Source: an uncultured Candidatus Saccharibacteria bacterium
Lineage (GTDB): Bacteria > Patescibacteriota > Minisyncoccia > Phycocordibacterales > CAIZLB01
Direction: 5' to 3'
Length of the DNA: 44,124 bases
Assembly (NCBI GenBank): GCA_964450605.1
Contig: CAYVEK010000002.1
Coordinates: 153,681 to 197,804, forward strand
This document shows positions 7,378 through 16,553 of the stretch, in pieces; position 1 is the first letter of the stretch; the number at the start of each line of letters is the position of its first letter. The notes under the pieces were generated by a model that made no database searches, was not told the DNA's origin, and saw nothing but the letters and a program-made list of their open reading frames with translations. Both the position numbers and the translations under genes were made by a program.

Positions 7378-8100
7378 ATGAACTTACCAAACTTCCGGGT
7401 TGGTGACTTCACGGTTGGCCAACCCTGCGCAATAGTTTATCCGACAGGACATATCGATTTTGCAGTTTTTATCGAGATGAGAGATGACATGCCTGTTTTC
7501 ACAGTCAACACAGACAAACTTGTTTGGGTAACACTGTGGGAAATCTTCGAAGCAGTCCAAAACGTAGAAGCCGAGATTTCTATACTCGGACATCTCCAGA
7601 CTAAGGAGCAACGGGCAGCCATGATCGCTCTCATCGCCGAGATACGCGATGCACAAGGCGTACCCGAATACGCCAAATCTCGAAAAGGCATCATGTCTGA
7701 TGCCGAGGCTGAAGAAACCCTTTGTTGGAACCCTAACTTCCCCTCCTCAGAGGATGTTGTTCGAGGCCTTGCAACGACACGAAGGCTGGTAGCGCGTATC
7801 CATAAACACCGTACAGGCCAATGGCCAAAGTGGGCAGCGCGTTTGAGGCTTGCTGAGGTGGTTATGAGAAATCGAATCCATTTCAGAAATCTAGCTTCAC
7901 CGCCTGCGCCCGTGACCCAACCTGAACCGGTTGTTGCGGAAAAGGTTCTTCCGCCAAGTCGGATAGTCCTTCCTGAAGCTCCACCTCGAGTTGTTAAGCC
8001 GACTGCTCCACCCGTAGACTGCTCAAGGATGACTCGAGATCAGCTGACGGCTTATCTACAAAAAGTCCTTGCTGAATGCGAGATGTCAGAAAAAAATTAA
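7378..8100 (+). CDS. hypothetical protein in the GC-rich island, Pro-rich C-terminal half
   Basis: 240-aa ORF in GC-rich composition, with its own terminator. The N-terminus (MNLPNFRVGDF) is loosely like that of 6163-7218 (MNTTMFKPGDV). Confidence 0.6.
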   Translation: MNLPNFRVGDFTVGQPCAIVYPTGHIDFAVFIEMRDDMPVFTVNTDKLVWVTLWEIFEAVQNVEAEISILGHLQTKEQRAAMIALIAEIRDAQGVPEYAKSRKGIMSDAEAEETLCWNPNFPSSEDVVRGLATTRRLVARIHKHRTGQWPKWAARLRLAEVVMRNRIHFRNLASPPAPVTQPEPVVAEKVLPPSRIVLPEAPPRVVKPTAPPVDCSRMTRDQLTAYLQKVLAECEMSEKN

Positions 8101-8104
8101 CGAG

Positions 8105-8139
8105 CGGCCGAGCCCTTTGGGGCGAGGCCGTGTTTTTTT
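8105..8139 (+). terminator. intrinsic terminator
   Basis: CGGCCGAGCCC-TTTG-GGGCGAGGCCG (tandem G-A in the stem) followed by T7. Confidence 0.7.
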
Positions 8140-8145
8140 GTACAA

Positions 8146-9345
8146 TTATTTTTCAATAACTTTTTTTAAAGCTTTAACTAAACTCTTTACTTCCCCAAAC
8201 TTTGTAAATCTTCCAAATGTAATACGGAGTGATGATGCACCACAATCACCGCCTAAAGCATCAACAACATATGACCGTGACTCTTCTTGTTTGTTTTGAC
8301 ATGTAGTGCCAGTTGATACTTCAAAATCCTGCACATCGAGTTTAAATAATAAAAATTCTGAATCTTTATTTGGAATACAAATATTTACGTTATTTACAAT
8401 TCTCTTTTTTTCATCCTTTGATCCATTTACAAAACAACCAGCAGGAAGATTGTTAAACATGTATTGTTGAAATACAGCGAGTCGCTTAATCTCTTTTATT
8501 TTTTCTTGTTCACATATCTCCAGAGCTTTAGCGAAGCCCGCTATAGCACTCAGGTTTTCTGTTCCGGGTCGCACATCCATTTCTTGAGCACCTCCATGAT
8601 AAACCTTATCGATCACAACTCCTCTTTTTTTGTATAAACATCCAACACCTCGCGGACCATATATCTTGCCCCCATCGAGTGAAAGTAAGTCGACACCCAG
8701 CTTGTCAATACGCATGTCAATATATGCAGGCGCCTGACACGCATCTGTATGAAAATATGGATACGTAGTATTTTTTTCTTTTCGATATTTTCTTATAAGC
8801 GAAGCTATCTCAGAGAGAGGTTGTATTGTCCCTATTTCATTATTTACAAACATCACAGACACAAGCGCTACGTGCTCAGATGAAAATAGTACTTCTTTGA
8901 ATTCACGTACATCAAAAACACCTTCTGAATCCACTGATATGTATGAGACCGTTATGCTGCCATCTTTCTCTAGAGCCTCTAGTGTTTTCTTGATTGCAGG
9001 ATGCTCCACAACTGAAGTGATGATGTGAGGAGTTTTTCCATACAGACGCCTCCAAGCATGCACAGTTCCCAGTAGGGCCAGATTATCAGACTCTGTTCCC
9101 CCAGAAGTAAATACAATCTCATCAGAATGAACACTGTGTACTGAAGATCCTGACAATATCTGTGCCACAGAGGCTCTAGCCTGCTCGAGCTCTTTTGAGG
9201 CTAAAACCCCCGAACTATACAAGGATGATGGATTGTGCCATTTTTTTATCAAAATATCATGCATAACCTTTACAACTCTGTTATCCAGTGGTGTAATAGA
9301 GGCGTAATCGAAATATTTTTTTGTAGATGAAAACCTTGAAAACAT
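8146..9345 (-). CDS. cysteine desulfurase (class V aminotransferase, NifS/IscS-like)
   Basis: 399 aa. PLP-lysine context SLDGGKIYGPRGVGCLY and C-terminal active-site Cys STGTTCQ. Confidence 0.8.
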   Translation of the reverse strand: MFSRFSSTKKYFDYASITPLDNRVVKVMHDILIKKWHNPSSLYSSGVLASKELEQARASVAQILSGSSVHSVHSDEIVFTSGGTESDNLALLGTVHAWRRLYGKTPHIITSVVEHPAIKKTLEALEKDGSITVSYISVDSEGVFDVREFKEVLFSSEHVALVSVMFVNNEIGTIQPLSEIASLIRKYRKEKNTTYPYFHTDACQAPAYIDMRIDKLGVDLLSLDGGKIYGPRGVGCLYKKRGVVIDKVYHGGAQEMDVRPGTENLSAIAGFAKALEICEQEKIKEIKRLAVFQQYMFNNLPAGCFVNGSKDEKKRIVNNVNICIPNKDSEFLLFKLDVQDFEVSTGTTCQNKQEESRSYVVDALGGDCGASSLRITFGRFTKFGEVKSLVKALKKVIEK

Positions 9346-9382
9346 TGTATTTTTTTGAAAAATATGTATATTTAGTTATAAC

Positions 9383-11719
9383 ATGCCAGCCAAAAAAAAT
9401 CTAAAATCGTCAAAAGACACCGAAGATCTGAACACAGATATACCTGAAAGCACACAGGAGGACACAGGAGGTGCTTTTGACAGTGTTTTTGGTGGATCTT
9501 TTGGTGGAGCATTTGGAAGCGCTTTTGGAGATGGTATAGAAGTTAAGTTCAATACTGATGGTTCTACCTCAAAATCAAAAGTAGTTCGAACAAAGAAGGC
9601 TACAGCAACCAAAACAGAGGCTCTTTCAACCCCCCTACGATCATCATCTAGAACTTTTAGTGTGCAGGCAGATGAAACAAAAGATTCTGCAAAGAAAACT
9701 CTTTCAAAGAGCAACGAGGCTTGGGTTGATGAACTTACTCGAGGTATAGAGCGAAGAAATAAAACAGCAAACAGCACTCCAGCCACAGTATCACCATCAG
9801 AAGAAAATATTACGCCCACCTCACCTCAACCTACAACTCAAGATTCACCTTCATTTTCCGCACCAACTTTTTTTCGATCAAAGATACTTACTGCAAAAGA
9901 CAAAGAGTTGGAAAAACAAAAAGCAGTAACACAAGCACCTACACCCACTTCAACAGCGCCAGTAAACAAAGCAGCGATTGAAGATAGAGGTACTGCATTT
10001 GCAAAAACTTTTATACATAAAAACAAAAAACCTTTTCCTCCTCGACCAAATCGATTTGCATCAGACAAACCTTACTTCAAACCTGCACCTCGATCAAAAG
10101 TTAAAAATGCACCAACACTTAAAACACGTGTGAGTGGAAAATCACTGCAACACAAAGTTGAGCTCGTTAGACAAACAGGCTCAGTGATCGAACGACGATC
10201 CCCTATCGTATCTATTATGGGTCACGTTGATCATGGAAAATCTACTCTACTCGACTACATTCGAAACACAAATATCGCGGACCGAGAAGTTGGAGGTATT
10301 ACTCAGAAGATGTCTGCATACGAAGTAGAACATAATGGACAGAAGATAACGTTTCTAGACACACCTGGACACGAAGCATTTACAACTATGCGTGCACGTG
10401 GAGCAAATGCTGCCGACATAGCAATACTTGTTGTATCTGCTGAAGACGGTGTAAAACCACAAACACTCGATGCGCTCAAAGCTATCACTGATGCAAAAAC
10501 TCCTTTCTTTATCGGTGCAAGTAAGATAGATAAACCAAATGCTGACATAGAAAAAACAAAACAGTCTCTTGCTGAAAATAGTGTGTATGTCGAAGGATAC
10601 GGTGGAGATATTTCTATCATTCCTTTTTCGGGAAAAACAGGAAAAGGCGTTGATGATCTCCTTGATATGATTTTACTTATGGCAGACGTGGCTGACATCA
10701 AAGCATCATACGATGTACCTGCAGAGTGTCTTGTTATAGAAGCAAGTCGCGATAAAGTTCGAGGAATACAAGCAACAGTAATTGTTAAAAACGGAACATT
10801 GAAAGTTGGTGCATACATAGTTTCTGGTGGAGAGATATCACCTGTTCGAATCATAGAAAATTTTGAAGGAAAACAAGTAAAAGAAGCGCTACCTGGCCAG
10901 CCTGTACGTATCATGGGATGGACTGCTGAGCCTCGAGTTGGAGACATGTGTATTATGGCAGAAGACAAGGTTCAGGCTGAACTTATTGCCGTTGAACAAA
11001 AAGAAATGCTGGCTCTGTCTAAAGAGATTGAAGAGGGAGACAAACCTGCTCCATCAGGTATACAAAGACTTCCTCAAAATATCCGCGTACTATACGGACT
11101 TGAAAAAAGTGACATCTGGACACTTCCTATTGTACTAAAAGCTGATTCTGTAGGAACACTTGATGCATTAAGACAAGAGATAGCAAAGATATCCCTTGAT
11201 CGCATCAACATACGAGTTATACGGGCAGAAACTGGCGATATAAATGAAAATGATATAAAGCTCGCGCAAGGAAGTACAGATTCTGTAGTTGTTGGATATA
11301 ACACCAAAGTTGATGCTGGAGCAAAACGACTAGCAGAAACAACAAAAACAACTATTGAGACATTTGATATCATCTACAAACTTATCGAGTGGGTTACTGA
11401 AGAAGCTAAAAGCAAAGCTCCTCGTATTCAAGTTGAAGAATCTCACGCAACACTTAAGGTCCTTAAAGTATTTAGTGCAAATAAGCATAAACAAGTTCTC
11501 GGAGGTCGTGTAGAGACAGGAACACTCTCACTTGGCAATACAGTCAAGATACTTCGACGAGATAATGAAATCGGCCGAGGAGAAGTCATAGAACTACAAC
11601 AGATGCGTATTGCAACTAAGAGTGTTGAGGAAGGAGCAGAGTGCGGTCTTATGGTTGAATCAAAAATAGACATCGTTGCAGGTGATGTATTGTCAGCAGT
11701 TTCATATTCAGAAAAATAA
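9383..11719 (+). CDS. infB: translation initiation factor IF-2
   Basis: 778 aa. G domain IMGHVDHGKSTLLD, DTPGHEAF, low-complexity N-terminus. rbfA follows 3 nt downstream. Confidence 0.95.
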   Translation: MPAKKNLKSSKDTEDLNTDIPESTQEDTGGAFDSVFGGSFGGAFGSAFGDGIEVKFNTDGSTSKSKVVRTKKATATKTEALSTPLRSSSRTFSVQADETKDSAKKTLSKSNEAWVDELTRGIERRNKTANSTPATVSPSEENITPTSPQPTTQDSPSFSAPTFFRSKILTAKDKELEKQKAVTQAPTPTSTAPVNKAAIEDRGTAFAKTFIHKNKKPFPPRPNRFASDKPYFKPAPRSKVKNAPTLKTRVSGKSLQHKVELVRQTGSVIERRSPIVSIMGHVDHGKSTLLDYIRNTNIADREVGGITQKMSAYEVEHNGQKITFLDTPGHEAFTTMRARGANAADIAILVVSAEDGVKPQTLDALKAITDAKTPFFIGASKIDKPNADIEKTKQSLAENSVYVEGYGGDISIIPFSGKTGKGVDDLLDMILLMADVADIKASYDVPAECLVIEASRDKVRGIQATVIVKNGTLKVGAYIVSGGEISPVRIIENFEGKQVKEALPGQPVRIMGWTAEPRVGDMCIMAEDKVQAELIAVEQKEMLALSKEIEEGDKPAPSGIQRLPQNIRVLYGLEKSDIWTLPIVLKADSVGTLDALRQEIAKISLDRINIRVIRAETGDINENDIKLAQGSTDSVVVGYNTKVDAGAKRLAETTKTTIETFDIIYKLIEWVTEEAKSKAPRIQVEESHATLKVLKVFSANKHKQVLGGRVETGTLSLGNTVKILRRDNEIGRGEVIELQQMRIATKSVEEGAECGLMVESKIDIVAGDVLSAVSYSEK

Positions 11720-11721
11720 TT

Positions 11722-12063
11722 ATGAAGAAAAATACAAATCCAAGAAATAAAGAAGTTACTCGGGGACGAGGTTCATCTATCGTACGAAAGTTAGTTGATG
11801 AATACATATCTCGAAACTCAGGTGGACAATCTCTTATTACTATCACATCTATAGAACAGGCGGAACGAAGTAACCACATGACTGTTCGTGTTTCTGTATT
11901 ACCTGAAAATCAAGAAAAAGCCGTTCTTGATTTCCTAGGACGAAACGCAACAGAAATCCGTGATTATATTAAAGAAAATTCATCACTTGGCATACTCCCC
12001 TTTCTTACCTTTGAGATAGATAGGGGTGAAAAACACCGCCAAAGCATTTTTGAGATTATTTAG
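11722..12063 (+). CDS. rbfA: ribosome-binding factor A
   Basis: 113 aa, canonical position after infB, RbfA-like sequence. Confidence 0.8.
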   Translation: MKKNTNPRNKEVTRGRGSSIVRKLVDEYISRNSGGQSLITITSIEQAERSNHMTVRVSVLPENQEKAVLDFLGRNATEIRDYIKENSSLGILPFLTFEIDRGEKHRQSIFEII

Positions 12064-12093
12064 GTTTTGTGCTATATATAGGAAAGAAGGTTC

Positions 12094-12167
12094 GGCGTAG
12101 TGGCGAAGCTGGTTAACGCGGCGATCTGCAAAATCGATATGCGCCGGTTCGAATCCGGCCTACGCCT
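12094..12167 (+). tRNA. tRNA-Cys (GCA)
   Basis: Manual fold: acceptor GGCGTAG/CTACGCC, anticodon loop CTGCAAA, T arm GCCGG-TTCGAAT-CCGGC. Confidence 0.85.
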
Positions 12168-12180
12168 CAAAACAAAATAA

Positions 12181-12263
12181 GCCTTGGTGGTGGAATGGTA
12201 GACACGAGGGACTTAAAATCCCTTGGCAGCAATGCCGTGTGGGTTCGAGTCCCACCCGAGGCA
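12181..12263 (+). tRNA. tRNA-Leu (TAA)
   Basis: Manual fold: acceptor GCCTTGG/CCGAGGC, anticodon arm AGGGA-CTTAAAA-TCCCT, long variable arm, T arm GTGGG-TTCGAGT-CCCAC. Confidence 0.9.
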
Positions 12264-12270
12264 CATGAAC

Positions 12271-12299
12271 AAAAACACTCCCCTCCGGGAGTGTTTTTG
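12271..12299 (+). terminator. intrinsic terminator after the tRNA-Cys/tRNA-Leu pair
   Basis: AAAAACACTCCC-CTCC-GGGAGTGTTTTT. Confidence 0.75.
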
Positions 12300-12310
12300 T
12301 GTGTGCTGAG

Positions 12311-12434
12311 GAGAAAGACGCCGATGCGTCTTTCGGGTGTGACTCGAAAAGCTTTGCGATGTTTGCGAGGACGTTTGTCCGAGTCAAACCGCAAAGGTAT
12401 ACTGAAGCTGTAAGCTTCGAGTCTTGTATGGGCA
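12311..12434 (+). repeat. tRNA-associated structured repeat element, copy 2 (L2)
   Basis: Core 12341-12404 equals the reverse complement of 2788-2851 with 1 mismatch. Hairpins GAAAGACGC-CGAT-GCGTCTTTC and GAAGCT-GTA-AGCTTC replace the differently sequenced hairpins of L1. Confidence 0.6.
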
Positions 12435-12455
12435 ATTTTATCCGTGACCGAGTCC

Positions 12456-13031
12456 CTACTTTACAACCTTAAACGAATTTACATACTTTCTATATTGATT
12501 TATAGCTTTTGCAAACTCTTTATTTGGAGCATGTATACTCATGACATATATATTCTTCTTATCGAACAACATATAATATCGAGCCTTAACATATGCATCT
12601 TCTCCATAAGAAATATTTGCACTGTATCCAGAAACTCCATTTATTGTTACTTTTGTGATATTTTTATCTAGCATTTCCCAGTACGGCATTGTACCTTCAA
12701 GGCTTTTCATTACCATATCCCAGAGATCTTTATTTGTAGGTTTTACTTTATACGCTTGAAAATAGGCATCATCTTGTTCTTTTCGCGAAGTAACTGTTAC
12801 AGAAAAAGCCAGATGATCCGTTGTGACTTTTCCTGATGGATCAATAATATTAACACCGGTACTCAAACTATTACCTCCCAACAAATCCATTGGTTTCGCT
12901 TCCCATCCTGCTGGTATTTCTATAGAAAAACCTTTCGGATCTTTATATACATTTTTCTTTACAGCTGCAACGACTTGGGTTGATATTAAAACTAAAGCCA
13001 AACTTAAAAATAATATTTTTTTCATACACAC
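12456..13031 (-). CDS. secreted hypothetical protein (N-terminal signal peptide)
   Basis: 191 aa, MCMKKILFLSLALVLISTQVVAA signal-like N-terminus. No confident family. Confidence 0.65.
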   Translation of the reverse strand: MCMKKILFLSLALVLISTQVVAAVKKNVYKDPKGFSIEIPAGWEAKPMDLLGGNSLSTGVNIIDPSGKVTTDHLAFSVTVTSRKEQDDAYFQAYKVKPTNKDLWDMVMKSLEGTMPYWEMLDKNITKVTINGVSGYSANISYGEDAYVKARYYMLFDKKNIYVMSIHAPNKEFAKAINQYRKYVNSFKVVK

Positions 13032-13062
13032 AGTATATCACTATACAACCCTCTCATACACC

Positions 13063-14580
13063 TTACTTAACAGTATTTATATGCTTATCTAGTTCAATAA
13101 CCATTATTGTCGCATCGTCTGAAGCAACACCGTTATCAGCCATCCAATCCTCCAAAAGTTTACGAGCACGTACGTTATCTAAACTTAATAGAAATGCAGG
13201 GTTCAGATAGCTCTGACCAGTTTTTTTATCCACCACCCAAAACTCTGGATACTTATTCTTATTTCGTTCACCCACCTGTTTCCAGATTTCCTCCCTAGCC
13301 TTTTTCGTCTCATCAGATAATACTCTTCCCGAATCATCAGTTGTTGAGTTCTTCCACATCTCGCCTCTTGAAAAACACAACCTTGGATCATGTAGAAGCA
13401 TCTTTGTAATAAAATCAGAGGCAACAACTATTTTTCTTCCTGGTTTATATTCGATTGAACCATGTTTAATATTTTTATCATCAATAGATCGAACTTCACC
13501 ATTTTCTTTTATGGACAGAGATTGTGTTTCTGGATTTTTTAAATCCTCAACGATATCTTTATCTGTGTAGTTTGAATTATTTATCATTTTATCTTCCGTC
13601 ACAATCTCCCAGGATATTTTTCCCTCACTATCTGTATCAACAACAAAAATAGGACTATCACCAACACTTGACCATTCGATGGTCTGTGCTTTCTTGTCTA
13701 TTCGTACAGATGTTAGTGTTGAACTACCACCGCCTTCTATTGATATACTATTTTGTCTAATTTCACTATTTATGTCCGATAAAGATTCCCCTAATTTTTC
13801 CGAAGAAATAATATCTGATAATTTATGTGTGGCTCCAGAAGATACGATTTTCTTTGCCAACTTTGAAGAGACAGCTCCTGAGCTTTTTCTACTGGACACT
13901 CCATCACATACAGCCACACATAATGAATCCTCCCCATCTTCAACAGCAAATGCATCTTGACCATGCTGACCATTAAAATACAATCCATCGACAGCTCCAG
14001 TTACTCTATGTAATTCTTTTGGATCAAGATCTTCTGAAATGAGCTTACCTCTTTCAACAAAGATACTATCTTGTGCTTGCTCTGTGGCGTTGACAGCATC
14101 TTTAATATTTAAATCTTTTTTTATTTGTTCAACTTTTTTACCAGCCTGTTTTAATTTTGCATATTTTCTATAGTCCAAAATCATTTGATCAAATCTTTCA
14201 TTTGATTCTCTTCTTGCTACTTCGTCAACAAAAACAGCTCTTCTTGAATTCATGAGATCAATAAAAACTTCAACACCCTCTTCTGTATTAGCACAAGCAT
14301 CGGCCATATCTATATATTGTGCAGGAACAAGTGCCAATAATTCACTTTTAGGAAAAGATCTCGCCTCCTGTTCTTTTAACAAACGAGAAACCTCTTTATG
14401 CATAAAACCCTCAGGACTTAATCCTTCTAAAACTTTTTCCACCTCTTCACCTCCGTTTATTCGAGATAGATATTCTAACGCTTTTGCATGACCGGCTGAC
14501 TGAGGTTGACCTGTTTCTGCGCTCGACTCAACACCTCTTGTCTGTATCCCTTCTTCGGAAATATGAGCTGTTTCTTTCAT
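13063..14580 (-). CDS. PP2C-like (PP2C_2 family) phosphatase-domain protein with a long unknown N-terminal region
   Basis: 505 aa. GQDAFAVEDGEDSLCVAVCDGVSS... and a later VVASDF resemble PP2C/SpoIIE-type motifs, with the usual GG after DG replaced by SS. Confidence 0.55.
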   Translation of the reverse strand: MKETAHISEEGIQTRGVESSAETGQPQSAGHAKALEYLSRINGGEEVEKVLEGLSPEGFMHKEVSRLLKEQEARSFPKSELLALVPAQYIDMADACANTEEGVEVFIDLMNSRRAVFVDEVARRESNERFDQMILDYRKYAKLKQAGKKVEQIKKDLNIKDAVNATEQAQDSIFVERGKLISEDLDPKELHRVTGAVDGLYFNGQHGQDAFAVEDGEDSLCVAVCDGVSSRKSSGAVSSKLAKKIVSSGATHKLSDIISSEKLGESLSDINSEIRQNSISIEGGGSSTLTSVRIDKKAQTIEWSSVGDSPIFVVDTDSEGKISWEIVTEDKMINNSNYTDKDIVEDLKNPETQSLSIKENGEVRSIDDKNIKHGSIEYKPGRKIVVASDFITKMLLHDPRLCFSRGEMWKNSTTDDSGRVLSDETKKAREEIWKQVGERNKNKYPEFWVVDKKTGQSYLNPAFLLSLDNVRARKLLEDWMADNGVASDDATIMVIELDKHINTVK

Positions 14581-14595
14581 ATATACAGTATATCA

Positions 14596-15756
14596 CTATA
14601 CAACCCTTTCATACACCCTCTCCACTCTATCCACCATATGCCTCAAAGTAAACTTTTCAGGAAATTCCTCCTTAACTGTTTTCTTATGTTTAGGCATGTC
14701 CAACACTTTAACGATAGCCTCAGTCAAAAACTTGGCTGAACCCGCAGGAACAAGTGAAGTGGCTGCATACTGCTCTATCTCAGGAATACCACCCACCTCA
14801 GTAGCCACAAATGGCACATGGGCCAACATAGACTCAAGCAATGCATACGGAAAACCTTCTTTAACTGACGGCATGGCAAATACATCAAACGCTTTTAGAT
14901 ATCTGTAGGCCTCTGGCACAGCACCTACTAAGAAAAATATTGTTCCAATTTCAAGCTCCTCAATCTCTTTTTCTAATTCTTTTCGCAGATGACCTTCTCC
15001 TATAACTATAAATACAGTGTTTTTCAAATCTTTATATCTCTTTGCTAGATATGCAGAATGTATAAGATGGGTCACCCCTTTCGATTCATACAGGTTTGCA
15101 ACAAGTCCAACAACTTTAACCTCTTCACCAAAACTCAAACCGATCTTTTCAAACAAAGTTCTCCGCGCTTCTTTTTTTGTTAAGATCTTTTTTTCCATCA
15201 GTACATCATCTATACCATTATAGATAACTTCACCTTTATGTCTTGGTATAACATGCATCTTTCTACCAACATGCTGATCATATTTTGAAACAGTGATTGT
15301 ATAATTTCTAAAAAAGCGTGCAACAAACTCTGAAACAATATAAAACTTTTTTTTCAAACTACTCATTGGTTCATTAAAGACAAAACCATGAGCGGTGTAT
15401 ACAACTTTTACACCTGCCAAACGCGCCGCAACAGCTCCAACAGTACCAGCTTTGGAACTGTGTAGATGTACAACATCAGGTTTAATTCTTCGTACTAATT
15501 TAAAAATATTCCAAAAAGCTTTGATATCTTTAAACAGACTAACACTACGCTGTAAACCTTTAACGACATGTAAATTATGAATATCAAACTTAGCCTTTGT
15601 TAGCTCTCCAAATAACCAGCTATCTGAAGAGGTTTCCTGCTCACCTGTTGCTACGTGTACCGTATGACCATCACCTCGCATAAGTACAGCCATATCTCGT
15701 ATATGAACCTGAGCACCACCTCTTTCTCCTTGAGTTATGATTTGTAAGATTTTCAT
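14596..15756 (-). CDS. glycosyltransferase family 4 (GT-B)
   Basis: 386 aa. C-terminal EGFPYALLESM (E-x7-E type motif) and an N-terminal GGAQ-type start. Confidence 0.8.
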   Translation of the reverse strand: MKILQIITQGERGGAQVHIRDMAVLMRGDGHTVHVATGEQETSSDSWLFGELTKAKFDIHNLHVVKGLQRSVSLFKDIKAFWNIFKLVRRIKPDVVHLHSSKAGTVGAVAARLAGVKVVYTAHGFVFNEPMSSLKKKFYIVSEFVARFFRNYTITVSKYDQHVGRKMHVIPRHKGEVIYNGIDDVLMEKKILTKKEARRTLFEKIGLSFGEEVKVVGLVANLYESKGVTHLIHSAYLAKRYKDLKNTVFIVIGEGHLRKELEKEIEELEIGTIFFLVGAVPEAYRYLKAFDVFAMPSVKEGFPYALLESMLAHVPFVATEVGGIPEIEQYAATSLVPAGSAKFLTEAIVKVLDMPKHKKTVKEEFPEKFTLRHMVDRVERVYERVV

Positions 15757-15774
15757 AAGACGATATCTATTATA

Positions 15775-16551
15775 CTACATCTGTCCAACATGGGACTTAA
15801 TAGCCTGTTCAAAATCTTTTGGCAATGGCGCTTCGTATACTCGAGACTTACCTTTCATGTCAATAAAAGAAACAATATGGGCATGAAGAGCTTGTCGATC
15901 AAAACCAAGCACGTGCGGATGTGATGGGGCATACAAAGAGTCTGAAACTATCACGTGATTAACTAGCTTCATATGCACACGTATCTGATGAGTTCGGCCT
16001 GTTTTTGGTCTTATACTCATGTATGAAAAACGAGGAGTGATTGAAGATCCTTGTATTTTTTTTGTTTCAAATTGAGAAAGTGTTTCGTACTCTGTTATAG
16101 CCTCACGCATTTCACCTCGTGCAAAACGCCCAGCAGAATACTGCCGAAAATCTGTTTTACTTCGTCCAATAGGAGCATTGATAATACCTCTCTCAGTTCC
16201 TTTTTTAAACCAACCCCAGACAAAAGCTTTATACTCTTTTTGAACTTGATGATTTTGAAACTGTTCTTTCATGAATTCAAAAAACTTTTTTGTTCGAGGT
16301 ATAATCATCACACCCGATGTTTCTGTGTCCAATCGATGAACTATACCTGGTCGCTCTATAACAATCTCTTCTCCACCTTTACCAGTCATAACCAGAGGTT
16401 CGCCAATCTTTCGAATCTCGGGATACATATCAGCTATCAACTCCGAAACAGACTGACCTTTTGTGTCAGTTTTTCCGTCAGGATGTGTTACCAAACCAGC
16501 AGGTTTAGATATCACAACAAAATCTTTTTCTTCGTGTAAAACTTGAATCAT
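15775..16551 (-). CDS. RluA-family pseudouridine synthase (no S4 domain)
   Basis: 258 aa. Catalytic motif HRLDTETSGV and RTHQIRVH. Confidence 0.85.
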   Translation of the reverse strand: MIQVLHEEKDFVVISKPAGLVTHPDGKTDTKGQSVSELIADMYPEIRKIGEPLVMTGKGGEEIVIERPGIVHRLDTETSGVMIIPRTKKFFEFMKEQFQNHQVQKEYKAFVWGWFKKGTERGIINAPIGRSKTDFRQYSAGRFARGEMREAITEYETLSQFETKKIQGSSITPRFSYMSIRPKTGRTHQIRVHMKLVNHVIVSDSLYAPSHPHVLGFDRQALHAHIVSFIDMKGKSRVYEAPLPKDFEQAIKSHVGQM

Positions 16552-16553
16552 AA

